A stretch of DNA of 24,411 nucleotides, taken from NCBI GenBank assembly GCA_045863855.1, contig BTVV01000094.1, positions 1 through 24,411 of the forward strand, written 5' to 3'. The notes below the pieces were generated by a model. It ran no database searches. It was not told where the DNA came from and saw only the letters and a program-made list of their open reading frames with translations. The DNA is from Planctomycetota bacterium (GTDB lineage Bacteria > Planctomycetota > SZUA-567 > H5-PLA8). Of this stretch, positions 8,341 to 18,273 are shown in pieces. Every line of letters begins with the position of its first letter. The first letter of the stretch is position 1. The position numbers were made by a program, and so were the translations under genes.

Positions 8341-11300
8341 TTATATAGACGGCACAGAGGCGGCTGGGCGCCCCGAAGTCCGGCTTTCCGTGGCCCCGTG
8401 GCGCGCCCGGAATGTGGCCAGCGGCTCCAGCAGGTTACGCGCCAGTTCGCGCAGCGCCGCTTCGTTGGTTTTGGCCTTGAGCGTCAGCCCGAACGAGAAG
8501 GTCTGACCGTCGATCACGCGCACGCCTTTCACTTCCGGCAGGCCGCGCAAGGCCCGGTCGGCGAGCTTCAAATCCCAGTCGTGTAGCTTCAGGATCAGGC
8601 GCTGCTCTTCGCGGTCGAAGCCCACGTACGGCACATGCGCCGCCTGCGCCAGCCGGCGCAGCTTGGCTTCCTCGAAGAGCCGCTCCGCGGCCTCGGCCAG
8701 CGGACCGAAGCGCTCGATCACCTCCGCCTTCAGCGCGTCGATCTCGGCATTCGAATGACAGCCGTCCAGCCGGCGGTAGAACTCCAGCACCGCCTTCTCG
8801 TCCTGCACGTACGTCTCCGGAAGAAACGAGGCTCCGCGCAGGATCACGTTCACTTCCAGTTCCTGCGGCGGCGGCGGTTCGCCCTTCAGCCGCCGCACGG
8901 TTCCGTCCAGCAGCTTGCAGTACAAGTCGTAGCCCACTTCGGCGATCTGCCCCGACTGCTCGGCCCCCAGCACGTTCCCCGCGCCGCGCAGTTCCAGATC
9001 CTTCAGCGCGATCTGGAAGCCCGCGCCGAGTTCGTCGAATTCCTCCAGCGCGCGCAGCCGCCGCAGGCCCTCCGGCGTCACCGGACTCGACTCCGGCAGC
9101 AGCAGGTAGCAGTACGCCTGCAGGTCGCTGCGCCCGACGCGCCCGCGAAGCTGGTGCAGCTCGGCCAGCCCGAAGCGGTCCGCTTCGTGAATCAGCATCG
9201 TGTTCGCCGAAGCGATATCGAGCCCGCTCTCGACGATGGTGGTGCTGACCAGCACGTCGATCTCGTGATGCAGAAAGCGGCGCATCGTGTCTTCCAGTTC
9301 GTCGCCGTCCATCTGCCCGTGCCCGACGGCGAAGCGCGCCTCGGGCAGCAGCTTGGCCAGCCGCGCCGCGAACTCGTCGATATCGTACACACGCGGATGC
9401 ACCACGAAGACCTGCCCGCCGCGGGATAACTCCCGCAGCACCGCACGCCGCACCAGATCGTCGCTCACGCGCGCGACCTTCGTCGTCACCGAGAGCCGGT
9501 TGCGCGGCGGCGTCATCAGGTTCGAGATGTCCCGCAGGCCCAGGAGCGCCATATGCAGCGTGCGCGGGATCGGCGTCGCGGTCAGCGTCAGCACGTCCAC
9601 GCTCTTGCGAAGCTGCTTGAAGAACTCCTTGTGCTCCACGCCGAAGCGCTGCTCTTCGTCGACGATGGCCAGCCCCAGATCCTTGAACGAAACGTCCTTC
9701 TGCAGCAGCCGGTGCGTACCGATCACCACGTCCAGCCGCCCGCTGGCGAGGCGCTGCAACAACTCCTTTTGCTGCCGCTTGCTCTTGAAGCGCGAAAGCG
9801 TCGCGACCGAAACCGGATATCCGGCGAAGCGCTCGGCGAAGGTGCGCCCGTGCTGCTCGCACAGCAGCGTCGTGGGCACCAGCACCGCCACCTGCTTCCC
9901 CGCGCTGACGGCCTTGAACGCCGCGCGCACCGCGACTTCGGTCTTGCCGAAGCCCACGTCGCCGCAGAGCAAACGGTCCATCGGGCACGTCGCCATCATG
10001 TCGCGCTTCACGGCCTCGATCGCCGCGGCCTGATCGGTCGTGGGCTCGTAGGGAAACGCATCCTCGAAGGTGTGCTGCCATTCGGTATCGGGCGGATAGA
10101 CGATGCCCGGCAGTCCGCGCCGCGCGGCCTGCACCGAAAGCAGATCCTCCGCGATATCCTTGATCGCCGCTTCGGCGCGGGCCTTCTTGCGCGCCCACGA
10201 TTTCCCGCCCAGCTTCGACAACTCGGGCTCGGACTCGCCGCCGATGTACTTGCTCACCAGCCCGATGTGCGGCGCCGGCACGTACAGCTTCACCGTGTCC
10301 GCGAACTGCAGCGTCAGGTAATCCTCGGTCCGCCCGCTCTTCTCGAGCCGCGCCAGGCCCAAGTACCGCGCGATCCCGTGGCTGGCGTGGACCACGAAAT
10401 CGCCCAGCGTCAGTTCGAAGATGCTGCTGAGCGGGCGCGTCCCGGCCGCGGCTTTCCTGCGCGCCGAAGGCGCCGCCGCGTGTTTGCTCCGCCCCAGAAT
10501 CTCCCGGTCGCTCAGCGCCGCCAGCGAGGCCGCACGCAGGTCGAAGCCCCCCGAGAGCCGCCCCAGCACCAGACGCACCGACGGAGCCGGCAGCACCCCG
10601 GCTTCCTTCAAGAGCGTCTCCAAGCGCTGCCGGTCGCCGCCGGTCTCGCAGAAGACGTAGACCGCCAGCCGCGAAGCGGCCAGCTTCTTCCACGCGTCCG
10701 CATGCACGCTCGGCTCGCCCTGCAGGCGTTGCATCGACGTACAGCGGATCTCGGCCGGCGCGTCGGGTTCGCCGGCGTCCGGCGCCGCGTCCGACTCCTC
10801 GGCGCCGGCCGGCGGATGCAGATCCAGCGACGAAAAGTGCGCTTCGGCGCGCGCGCGCAGTTCGTTCAGGTCCAGCCCCAAGCTGCGCCCCGAGACGAGA
10901 CTCGCCGAATAAAGCTCCGCGCGCCGTCCCAGCCGCTCCGGCCCCAGCCACGCCACCGCGGCATGAGCCGGCAGGTGGTCCAGCAGCGTGAACGGCCCGC
11001 CGCTCGCGCCGGGCGAGAAGAGCTTGCGCAGGCGCTGCGGCGAACTATCCGCCAGCCGGATGCGCTCGACCGCCGCCTGGCTGCGCTGCGAAATCGGATC
11101 GAACGGGCTGATGCTCTCGATCGTGTCCCCGAAGAAGTCGATCCGGTACGGCAGGTCGGAGGTATACGGAAAGATATCCAGGATCCCGCCGCGCAGTGCG
11201 AACTCGCCGCGCACTTCCACCTGCGCCGTGCGCTCGAAGCCCATATCGACCAGCCTGCGCCCCAGCAGGATCGGATCCTGCGTCTCGCCGGGCTGGAGCA

Positions 11301-11934
11301 CCAGGTAATCGCCCACCGCCTCCGGCGCTTCGACGGGCTGCAGCAGCGCCACAACGGGCGCGATCAGCACCAGCGCTTCGGGCGGCGGTTCGGCCGCATC
11401 GCGCAGCAGGCGCAGGCGTTCCTGAACCAGCCGCCGGCCGGCCAGCGTCAAGCCTTCGGGGCGGTCCGATTCCGTGGGCAGAACGTCCCAGGCCGGAAAG
11501 AGCAGCGTCTCCAGGCGCGCGCCGCGCTTCAGTTCGTCGGGCAGGCTCGCCGTGGCCGGCCGCGTCTGGTCGGCCCAGACGTCCTCGTTCGAGCCCTCCG
11601 GATTAGCCACGCGCCGGCCGCCGGCCGATGCGTCGGCTTCTTCGGCGGCACGGAAGGCGCGCAGATCGGCTTGCAGGTCCAGCGCCTCGTCCGGACCTTC
11701 CACCACCGCCAGCACGAGGCCCGGGCGCTGCGTCGCGCCCCGCGCCAGCGCCACCGCGCCCACCGCCAGCGACTGCGCCGCGCCCAACAGCCCGCGCACG
11801 GCCGCGCGGCGCGACAACGCCACCCCGCCGGACGAAGCCCCCGCGGGCCTCCCAGCGTCGGAAACGCCAGCACGACAATGAGCCGCCAAGGCGGGCAGCT
11901 CGGCCACCCGCCGGAACGGCGACGTACGACTCAT
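8341..11934 (-). CDS. mfd: Transcription-repair coupling factor
   Basis: UvrB-homology module (GEFALRGGILDIFP), RID domain (GDFVVHASHGIARY), Walker A CGDVGFGKTEVA, DEEQRFG, TATPIPRTL, QLRGRVGRS, TRG motif (DLELRGAGNVLG) and a C-terminal TRCF domain. Confidence 0.98.
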   Translation of the reverse strand: MSRTSPFRRVAELPALAAHCRAGVSDAGRPAGASSGGVALSRRAAVRGLLGAAQSLAVGAVALARGATQRPGLVLAVVEGPDEALDLQADLRAFRAAEEADASAGGRRVANPEGSNEDVWADQTRPATASLPDELKRGARLETLLFPAWDVLPTESDRPEGLTLAGRRLVQERLRLLRDAAEPPPEALVLIAPVVALLQPVEAPEAVGDYLVLQPGETQDPILLGRRLVDMGFERTAQVEVRGEFALRGGILDIFPYTSDLPYRIDFFGDTIESISPFDPISQRSQAAVERIRLADSSPQRLRKLFSPGASGGPFTLLDHLPAHAAVAWLGPERLGRRAELYSASLVSGRSLGLDLNELRARAEAHFSSLDLHPPAGAEESDAAPDAGEPDAPAEIRCTSMQRLQGEPSVHADAWKKLAASRLAVYVFCETGGDRQRLETLLKEAGVLPAPSVRLVLGRLSGGFDLRAASLAALSDREILGRSKHAAAPSARRKAAAGTRPLSSIFELTLGDFVVHASHGIARYLGLARLEKSGRTEDYLTLQFADTVKLYVPAPHIGLVSKYIGGESEPELSKLGGKSWARKKARAEAAIKDIAEDLLSVQAARRGLPGIVYPPDTEWQHTFEDAFPYEPTTDQAAAIEAVKRDMMATCPMDRLLCGDVGFGKTEVAVRAAFKAVSAGKQVAVLVPTTLLCEQHGRTFAERFAGYPVSVATLSRFKSKRQQKELLQRLASGRLDVVIGTHRLLQKDVSFKDLGLAIVDEEQRFGVEHKEFFKQLRKSVDVLTLTATPIPRTLHMALLGLRDISNLMTPPRNRLSVTTKVARVSDDLVRRAVLRELSRGGQVFVVHPRVYDIDEFAARLAKLLPEARFAVGHGQMDGDELEDTMRRFLHHEIDVLVSTTIVESGLDIASANTMLIHEADRFGLAELHQLRGRVGRSDLQAYCYLLLPESSPVTPEGLRRLRALEEFDELGAGFQIALKDLELRGAGNVLGAEQSGQIAEVGYDLYCKLLDGTVRRLKGEPPPPQELEVNVILRGASFLPETYVQDEKAVLEFYRRLDGCHSNAEIDALKAEVIERFGPLAEAAERLFEEAKLRRLAQAAHVPYVGFDREEQRLILKLHDWDLKLADRALRGLPEVKGVRVIDGQTFSFGLTLKAKTNEAALRELARNLLEPLATFRARHGATESRTSGRPAASVPSI

Positions 11935-11941
11935 GCCGCCC

Positions 11942-11971
11942 AGTCTAGCCGCCCAGGATTCGTAAAGTCAA
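11942..11971 (-). promoter_or_regulatory. Candidate sigma70 promoter for mfd (leaderless)
   Basis: TTGACT-N18-TAGACT on the minus strand, then 7 nt and the mfd ATG; no SD sequence. Confidence 0.5.
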
Positions 11972-11986
11972 AGCCCCCGCCGCCGT

Positions 11987-12015
11987 TTGAATTCGGCTTC
12001 CTCTCCCTCTAGATT
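11987..12015 (+). promoter_or_regulatory. Candidate sigma70 promoter for ilvD
   Basis: TTGAAT-N17-TAGATT, back-to-back with the candidate mfd promoter. Confidence 0.5.
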
Positions 12016-12050
12016 GTGGAACTCGCATGCACTTAAGGGGGAGTCCGTTC

Positions 12051-13748
12051 ATGGCCAAGCCGTCCACCGCCGCGGGGAAGCTCAATAAGTACTCCGCGAA
12101 CGTCACCCAGAAGAAGTCCCAGGGCGCCAGCCAGGCGATGCTCTACGGCACCGGCCTCACCGATGCCGACCTCGCCAAACCCTTCGTCGGCATCGCCTCG
12201 AACTGGTACGAAGGCAACACCTGCAACATGCACCTCAACGACCTCTCGGCACAGGTCAAGCAGGGCGTCGTCGCCGCGGGCCTCGTCGGGATGCGCTTCA
12301 ACACCCTCGGCGTCAGCGACGGGATCAGCATGGGCACCGACGGGATGAGCTTCTCGCTGCCCAGCCGCGACCTGATCGCCGACAGCATCGAGACGGTCAT
12401 CGGCGGGCACTGGTACGACGCGCTCGTCGCGATCCCCGGCTGCGACAAGAACATGCCCGGCTGCCTCATCGCCATGGCCCGGCTGAACCGCCCGTCGCTG
12501 ATGGTCTACGGCGGAACGATCCGCGCCGGCTGCTGGAGCGGCAAAAAACTCGATATCGTCAGCGCCTTCCAGAGCTACGGGGAGTTCCTGGCCGGAAAGA
12601 TCGACGAAGCCGCGCGCCAGGCCATCGTGAAGCACTCCTGCCCCGGCGCCGGAGCCTGCGGCGGGATGTACACCGCCAACACCATGGCCAGCGCCATCGA
12701 GGCCATGGGCATGAGCCTCCCCTACAGTTCCTCCGCGCCCGCCGACAGCGCCGAGAAGAAGGCCGAATGCCATCACGCCGGCGAGGCCGTCCTGCGCCTC
12801 CTCGAACGCGACCTCAAGCCCCGCGACATCATGACCCGCCGCGCCTTCGAGAACGCCTGCGCCGTCGTCATGGCCCTGGGCGGAAGCACCAACGCCGTCC
12901 TGCACCTCCTCGCCATGGCCCAGGCCGCCGGCGTCGAATGGACCCTCGACGACTTCCAGAAGAGCGCCGACCGCGTGCCCTTCGTCGCCGACTTGAAGCC
13001 CAGCGGGAAGTACGTGATGGAAGACCTCCATGCCGTCGGCGGCACGCCCGCCGTAATGAAGCTGCTCCTCGAGAAGGGGCTGCTCCACGGCGACTGCATG
13101 ACCGTCACCGGGAAGACCGTCGCCGAAAACCTCGCCGCGCTCCCGGGCCTCAAGGCCGGGCAGCAGGTGATCGTGCCGTGGGAACAACCCATCAAGCCCT
13201 CCGGGCACATCACGATCCTGTACGGCAACCTCGCGCCCGACGGCGCCGTTGCCAAGATCACCGGCAAGGAGGGCGTGCGCTTCAGCGGACCGGCGCGCTG
13301 TTACGACAGCGAAGAGCTGATGCTCGCGGCCTTGGAACGCAGCGAAATAAAGAAGGGCGACGTGGTCATCATCCGCTACGAAGGCCCCAAGGGCGGGCCG
13401 GGCATGCCCGAGATGCTCACGCCCACCAGCGCGATCGTGGGCGCCGGACTCGGCAACGACGTCGCGCTCCTGACCGATGGGCGTTTCAGCGGCGGGAGCC
13501 ACGGGTTCATCATCGGGCACATCTGCCCCGAAGCCCAGGAAGGCGGCCCCATCGCCCTCGTACGAGACGGCGATACCGTTACCATCGACGCCAAGACGCG
13601 CGCCATCGAAGTGAACGTCGGACCCGCCGAGATGGACAAGCGCCGCGCGGCCTGGAAAGCCCCGGCCTTGAAAGTCTCCGGGGGCGTCCTTTACAAATAC
13701 ATTCGCGCCGTGCGCCCGGCCAGCCAAGGCTGCGTGACGGACGCATGA
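12051..13748 (+). CDS. ilvD: Dihydroxy-acid dehydratase
   Basis: [54 protein letters not shown] and [11 protein letters not shown] 12051 follows AAGGGGGAG. Confidence 0.97.
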   Translation: MAKPSTAAGKLNKYSANVTQKKSQGASQAMLYGTGLTDADLAKPFVGIASNWYEGNTCNMHLNDLSAQVKQGVVAAGLVGMRFNTLGVSDGISMGTDGMSFSLPSRDLIADSIETVIGGHWYDALVAIPGCDKNMPGCLIAMARLNRPSLMVYGGTIRAGCWSGKKLDIVSAFQSYGEFLAGKIDEAARQAIVKHSCPGAGACGGMYTANTMASAIEAMGMSLPYSSSAPADSAEKKAECHHAGEAVLRLLERDLKPRDIMTRRAFENACAVVMALGGSTNAVLHLLAMAQAAGVEWTLDDFQKSADRVPFVADLKPSGKYVMEDLHAVGGTPAVMKLLLEKGLLHGDCMTVTGKTVAENLAALPGLKAGQQVIVPWEQPIKPSGHITILYGNLAPDGAVAKITGKEGVRFSGPARCYDSEELMLAALERSEIKKGDVVIIRYEGPKGGPGMPEMLTPTSAIVGAGLGNDVALLTDGRFSGGSHGFIIGHICPEAQEGGPIALVRDGDTVTIDAKTRAIEVNVGPAEMDKRRAAWKAPALKVSGGVLYKYIRAVRPASQGCVTDA

Positions 13749-14710
13749 GCGAACGGAACCGCCGCATGAACGGGAACGGATGGCGCCGGCGGATCGGGCG
13801 CGGCGCGGCCGCCGGCGCGCTGCTGCTTTGCGCCGCCTGCGGGCACGGCACCACCCGCGTCCACCAGCCCGTCGAACGGATCGAGCCCGCCCTGAAGGTG
13901 CTCGAAGTGCCTTACGTCATCAAACCCAAGGAAGCGCCCGAAGGCGATCCGCTCTGGTACCGCGAACTCCTCGTCGAACTGGAGACGGTGCCCAAAGAGA
14001 AGCCGGCGCTGCAGATGGCCATCGAAGTCCGGCGCGGCGCGGCCTACCGCAGCGCCCAGCAGTTGCTCGAAGAAGTCCGCGACCAGGTCCAGTTGGCCCT
14101 CGACGAGCGCGCCGGTGCCGTCCTGCTCTCCCTGGAGTTCGGCGATCTCGAAGCCGTCCGCAACGGACCCCTGATCCTCAAGGCCGAACTGGGCCTGCGC
14201 GAACTCTACATTCGCCGCGACGAGATTGCCGTCGAGCGCATGTACCTCGAGCCCGCCCTCACCCGCCTGGCCCTCCAAGGCGGCCTGCGCCATTCGCAGC
14301 GCAAGACCTACAACCCCGTCGTCTCCTTCCGACGCCAGAAGGTCAGCGTCCTCGAAGCCATCGACGAGATACTGAAAGAGCACGGCTTCCAGCGCAAACT
14401 TTCCGGCGTGGGCGCACGCGTCACCACCGATGCCCGTAAGTTCCCGACCCGCGAACTCTTTATCCAGACATCCGTACAGAGCATCCTCGATGCCGTCGAA
14501 AAAATGCGCCACGACCTCCCCACCCTGATCGTGTATCAAGGCAAACGCTTGGGCGAAGCCGTGGAAGATGTTTCGGTAGATGCATCGAAATCCGAGGCCG
14601 CGCAAGAACCGGAGGCCAAGACCGGCGCGGAGCCGGAAGCCAAGGGCGGCGCGGAACCGGCTAAAGAGGCCGAAGCGAAAACCCCGGCCGAAGCTCCGAC
14701 AGGAGAATAA
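13745..14710 (+). CDS. Hypothetical protein, probable lipoprotein
   Basis: ATGA overlap with the ilvD stop; Arg-rich n-region, hydrophobic GAAAGALLL and a lipobox-like CAAC; Glu/Ala/Pro repeat tail. Confidence 0.75.
   Translation: MSERNRRMNGNGWRRRIGRGAAAGALLLCAACGHGTTRVHQPVERIEPALKVLEVPYVIKPKEAPEGDPLWYRELLVELETVPKEKPALQMAIEVRRGAAYRSAQQLLEEVRDQVQLALDERAGAVLLSLEFGDLEAVRNGPLILKAELGLRELYIRRDEIAVERMYLEPALTRLALQGGLRHSQRKTYNPVVSFRRQKVSVLEAIDEILKEHGFQRKLSGVGARVTTDARKFPTRELFIQTSVQSILDAVEKMRHDLPTLIVYQGKRLGEAVEDVSVDASKSEAAQEPEAKTGAEPEAKGGAEPAKEAEAKTPAEAPTGE
14606..14660 (+). repeat. 24-bp imperfect tandem repeat (about 2.3 copies) encoding EPEAK(T/G)GA
   Basis: GAACCGGAGGCCAAGACCGGCGCG / GAGCCGGAAGCCAAGGGCGGCGCG / GAACCGG. 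Confidence 0.8.
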
Positions 14711-14790
14711 GTCCCGCGCCTTTCGAAGCGCCGGCGTCCCGCCTTAAGCCGTAGTCTTGGCTTTGGCCGTAGCCGCGCCGCCGATCGAAG

Positions 14791-14836
14791 TTTGCCCTTT
14801 GTCGTTTGTTTGGTGCTTGCCGTTTGACGTTTGCCC
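14791..14836. repeat. Intergenic degenerate heptamer (TTTGNNN) repeat
   Basis: TTTGCCC TTTGTCG TTTG TTTGGTG CTTGCCG TTTGACG TTTGCCC. Confidence 0.7.
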
Positions 14837-14851
14837 CGAAAGGAAACCCCA

Positions 14852-15622
14852 ATGCCCCAAAACATCATCGCCTGCCGCACCGGCTGTTACGGGAAACACA
14901 AAGAGCACGCCTTCGAGCACATGGCCCGGATCGGCCTCCTCAACGCCGAAGTCGGCTACCTGCCCGAATCCGAATGGCCCGCGTTCGAGGCCAAGCTCAA
15001 GCGCCACGGCATCCGCGTCACCAGCACCGCTGGAGGCGTGGACCTCTCCAAGTCCGAAGCCGTGGGAACCTTGACCGGCCTGGCGCGGATGGCCCAGCGC
15101 TTCGGCGCGAAGGTGATCTTCCTCAGCGTCAAGACCGGCGGAGCGCCCAAGGAACAGGCTTACGCGAAGCTGCGCGAACTGGGCGGCATCGCCGCCGCGC
15201 ACGGCGCGACCATCGCACTCGAGACGCACCCCGACCTCGTCACCAACGGCGACCTCGGCGCCGAGACCGCCCGCGGCACGAATCACCCGCACGTGAAGCT
15301 CAACTACGACAGCGCCAACCTCTATTACTACAACGAAGGCGTCGATGGGATCGTGGAACTGAAGAAGTTCATCCCCTACCTCGGCGCGGTGCACCTGAAG
15401 GAGACCAACGGGAAGCTCAAGACCTGGTACTTTCCGGGGCTCCACGAAGGCGAAGGGATCGTCAACTTCCCCGAGATCTTCCGCCTCTGCCACGCCGCCG
15501 GCTTCTACGGCCCCTTCACGATGGAGATCGAGGGGATCGAAGGCGAAGACCTGACCCTCGAACAGACCTGCGCCCGCATGGCCAATTCGGTGGCCTACTT
15601 GAAGTCCATTGGGCAGATGTGA
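14852..15622 (+). CDS. Sugar phosphate isomerase/epimerase (xylose isomerase-like TIM barrel)
   Basis: Metal-binding motifs IALETH, LNYDSAN, VHLKE and TMEIE, plus GEGIVNFPEIF; ATG follows AAAGGAA. Confidence 0.9.
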   Translation: MPQNIIACRTGCYGKHKEHAFEHMARIGLLNAEVGYLPESEWPAFEAKLKRHGIRVTSTAGGVDLSKSEAVGTLTGLARMAQRFGAKVIFLSVKTGGAPKEQAYAKLRELGGIAAAHGATIALETHPDLVTNGDLGAETARGTNHPHVKLNYDSANLYYYNEGVDGIVELKKFIPYLGAVHLKETNGKLKTWYFPGLHEGEGIVNFPEIFRLCHAAGFYGPFTMEIEGIEGEDLTLEQTCARMANSVAYLKSIGQM

Positions 15623-15797
15623 TTCGGGAGGCGCGAGACGGCAAAAAGTAAGGTGTAAAAATAACCGGGGCTGACCCCAAAGCTAACGGATGATGGCGCA
15701 CGGCCTATCCTGACGGATTACGCAAGTACCTCAGGCTCGATGCCTAGAGCTTATTGCATTTTACTATTCACTCCTTGCTCTCCTCCATTCCTCACGC

Positions 15798-15834
15798 AAA
15801 AAAAGCGGGCGGCCCCTGAGGAGCCGCCCGCTTT
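15798..15834 (-). terminator. Rho-independent terminator of the porin gene
   Basis: Minus strand AAAGCGGGCGGCTCCTCAGGGGCCGCCCGCTTTTTTT: a GC stem and a 7-T tail about 25 nt after the stop. Confidence 0.9.
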
Positions 15835-15856
15835 ACTTCGTAGCCGACTGGCTAGC

Positions 15857-17419
15857 TTAGAAGTTGTAGAGCCACTGCATCATGATCGTGTCGTTCGTAG
15901 CCTTGCCGCCGCGGGACGGATCAAACATATTCGGATTAGCATCCCCGCGGATCGGGTCCACGCCTGGATTGCGGCTCAGGTGGTCGAACGCGTTGTGGCT
16001 GGCGCCGTCGTGCCGGTATTCAAAGCGGATGTTCATGTTGTCCGCGATGTTCCAGTTCACGGTGGCCGTCAAGCTGTACAGCTCGACGCGCTGACCTGCA
16101 GCGGCCACATCTCCCACGCCATCGAACCCAAACTCGTTCGACAGCCCAGTGCGCGTACCGCCCTTGTCGTTGAAGTACTCGCCACGGCCGGCGAAGTACC
16201 ACTTGTCGGCGAACTTCCACTTCATGTAACCGGCCGCACCCCACCACACGGCGTCGTTGTAGGTGCCGCTGCCGGTGCGGAAGCGATGCTGGGACTCGTC
16301 CTTCTCGACGCCGTAGTTGTACTCGACGGCGAACTCCCAGTTCTCCCACGGATTGAACCAGACGTTCGTGTTGACCAAGTAGCGCATCGCGCTCTCGTCG
16401 TAGCCGTTCTGGCCGCCTTCGTTGCCCATGCTGCCGTTGACCGCCCAGGAGATCCACTCCAAAGGCTTCCAGAGGCTGCGCAGGTGGAAGTACTTGTCGT
16501 CGTTGTTGTCGAGCGTGTTGTCCCAGCCGTTCGTCACCATCGCCGCGACCTGCCAGTTCTCGAAGACGTCGTAGTGCATCTTCAGGCCCGTGTGCGTGAA
16601 CGGAATCGCGAGACCGAAGTTGAAGCTGCGGGTCGAGTTCCAGTTCGACTTGGACTCGATCACTTCGAACCCGTGGTCGGTCACGAACCGGCCGCCGGTG
16701 AAGTGCAAGCCGTTGCCGATCGGCGCGATGTAGTTGATGTAGCCCTGCTGGATGTTGTCGAAGGTGAAGACTTCTTCGCCCGACAGGCCCGCAATCGTCG
16801 TCGTGTCTTCGCCGAAGTTCAGGTCAATGCGGAAGCCCGCTTCGCCGGCCTGCTTCGCCGTACCGTCGAAGAAGAGCTCGACCTGGTTCGCCGTGAAGTC
16901 GTTCGATTCGCTGCGGTCGAAGCTGCGGAACTTGTTCGTATTGCCGATCCGCGCCGGAGCCAACGAATTGGCATCAAATGTCGGCACTACGCCCACTATA
17001 TTAGTGCCCGCCGTGAAATTGTTCACCAGCGTCCCGTCCGGATCGATCTTTTCCGGGCGGTTGAAGCTGAACTGATAGCTCACGTCCACATGCCCGCCGA
17101 TCTGGATCTTGCGGCCGTGTTCCTTCGGATCGTGGAAGAAGCGGTCCGACGTCGCCTTCTCCAGCGACGCATCGATCCGCTGGTTCAGCGCCGGGCGAAT
17201 TTCCGCCGTCGTCTGAGCCGTCTTCAAGTCACCCTTCAACGAGTGAATCTCCTGCGCCTGCGCCTTCATCTGCTTTTCCATCATCTTCATGCGCTCAAGC
17301 AGCTCGCGCACCGTGGCGGCATCGGCGCCGTCTTCGGCGGCGGCGGCAGGCAGCACCAACCACGCCAAAGCGAGGCAAACCAAGCCTCCGATAAACTTCC
17401 CATTCCGGGCCACGCTCAT
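15857..17419 (-). CDS. Outer-membrane beta-barrel porin (BBP2/OmpL-like family) with signal peptide and N-terminal coiled coil
   Basis: Signal peptide ending AAAA-E; coiled coil (ELLERMKMMEKQMKAQAQEIHSLK); GFRIDLNFG, GRFVT..GFEVIES..NWN.TRS, PFTHTG, NGWD, RGEYFND, RFEYRHD; C-terminal YNF; ATG 17419 follows AAGGAG. Confidence 0.88.
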   Translation of the reverse strand: MSVARNGKFIGGLVCLALAWLVLPAAAAEDGADAATVRELLERMKMMEKQMKAQAQEIHSLKGDLKTAQTTAEIRPALNQRIDASLEKATSDRFFHDPKEHGRKIQIGGHVDVSYQFSFNRPEKIDPDGTLVNNFTAGTNIVGVVPTFDANSLAPARIGNTNKFRSFDRSESNDFTANQVELFFDGTAKQAGEAGFRIDLNFGEDTTTIAGLSGEEVFTFDNIQQGYINYIAPIGNGLHFTGGRFVTDHGFEVIESKSNWNSTRSFNFGLAIPFTHTGLKMHYDVFENWQVAAMVTNGWDNTLDNNDDKYFHLRSLWKPLEWISWAVNGSMGNEGGQNGYDESAMRYLVNTNVWFNPWENWEFAVEYNYGVEKDESQHRFRTGSGTYNDAVWWGAAGYMKWKFADKWYFAGRGEYFNDKGGTRTGLSNEFGFDGVGDVAAAGQRVELYSLTATVNWNIADNMNIRFEYRHDGASHNAFDHLSRNPGVDPIRGDANPNMFDPSRGGKATNDTIMMQWLYNF

Positions 17420-17539
17420 CTCCTTTTCCCCTCCCTGTACCGAGGTATGAATCACGGTTCCCGATGTACGCTCATACGTCCGACCCGCGGTAGCGAACCG
17501 TATGGCGTAAACTGTTTTCCGCCGGAATCGAGAACGGGC

Positions 17540-17555
17540 GCATTCCCCATGCCAA
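17540..17555 (-). promoter_or_regulatory. Candidate sigma-54 (-24/-12) promoter for the porin
   Basis: Minus strand TTGGCATGGGGAATGC has exact GG-N10-GC spacing and is close to TGGCAC-N5-TTGC; it lies about 120 nt upstream of the ATG with a long AT-rich region further upstream. Confidence 0.6.
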
Positions 17556-17979
17556 CCCGCACTCGCCATCCACAGCGAGCTTCACAAACACAAAAGCGTT
17601 CTTGAAAGCGCTAGGGATTCTAGGCACGTGTGCGACTTCATCAAGGATTAATATTCAGAATTTTGAAGGCGAGAGCCTTTCGATCCCATAAACCCAAGTG
17701 CCTTAAATTAAACACCTTGTGCGAAGCGAGCCTATTGGAAACCGGTCAGTTCGGTGAATTTACGCCCTATAACGATTTCCCTAAAATCGAACCGGGCGCC
17801 ATCTAAAGGTTGATAACCCCCGTAGGGCTTGACACTTGAGCTCGCGGGTTTGGAACCCGCCTGCCCGCCTGAGCGCGCCGCCGCTTCGGGCTCGTATCGA
17901 GCAAAACCGGCCCCTTCCGCGCCTCTAAAAAAATGCAGGAAAAAATGCACGCCGCTACGTTCACTACGACTTTTTTCGC

Positions 17980-18273
17980 TCAAGGCCGGATCGAAAACGA
18001 GCGCCATTCGCCGCTCGCAGGCTCCCAGGATCGCTCCACGCCGCGGATATAGCCCGGCATCTGGCGCTGCAAGTCGAAGAGCAATTCGTCGAGCTTGCGT
18101 TGCGGACCCTCGGCCGCCAGCTCCACGCGCCCGTCCGGCAAGTTCGTCACCCAGCCGGTCAGGCCGAGCTTCTCCGCGAGCGCCGCGACGGTCACGCGCA
18201 TCCCCACGCCCTGCACGCGCCCGGAGAGAATCGCGCGCAAGCGGCGCATCTCGGGATTCGCTTCGGCGTTCAT
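17980..18273 (-). CDS. acyP: Acylphosphatase
   Basis: SGRVQGVGMR (catalytic Arg) and GLTGWVTNLPDGRVE (catalytic Asn). Confidence 0.92.
   Translation of the reverse strand: MNAEANPEMRRLRAILSGRVQGVGMRVTVAALAEKLGLTGWVTNLPDGRVELAAEGPQRKLDELLFDLQRQMPGYIRGVERSWEPASGEWRSFSIRP

Noticed and set aside
8435..13727. Very long alternative-frame and antisense ORFs (8435-10951, 9553-12012, 12033-13727; similarly 2196-3800, 15740-17605)
   Set aside because: They overlap well-recognised genes, are Arg/Ala/Gly/Pro-rich or mirror the sense codon bias, and are expected shadows in high-GC DNA.
12767..14710. 647-aa ORF as given in the track
   Set aside because: The first half is an out-of-frame overlap with ilvD; the real gene most likely starts at 13745.
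15623..15797. Lower-GC spacer with GGGG-CTGA-CCCC and CTAGAGCTTATTGCA, possibly IS or REP ends
   Set aside because: No partner inverted repeat, duplication or transposase remnant is visible; too weak to support.
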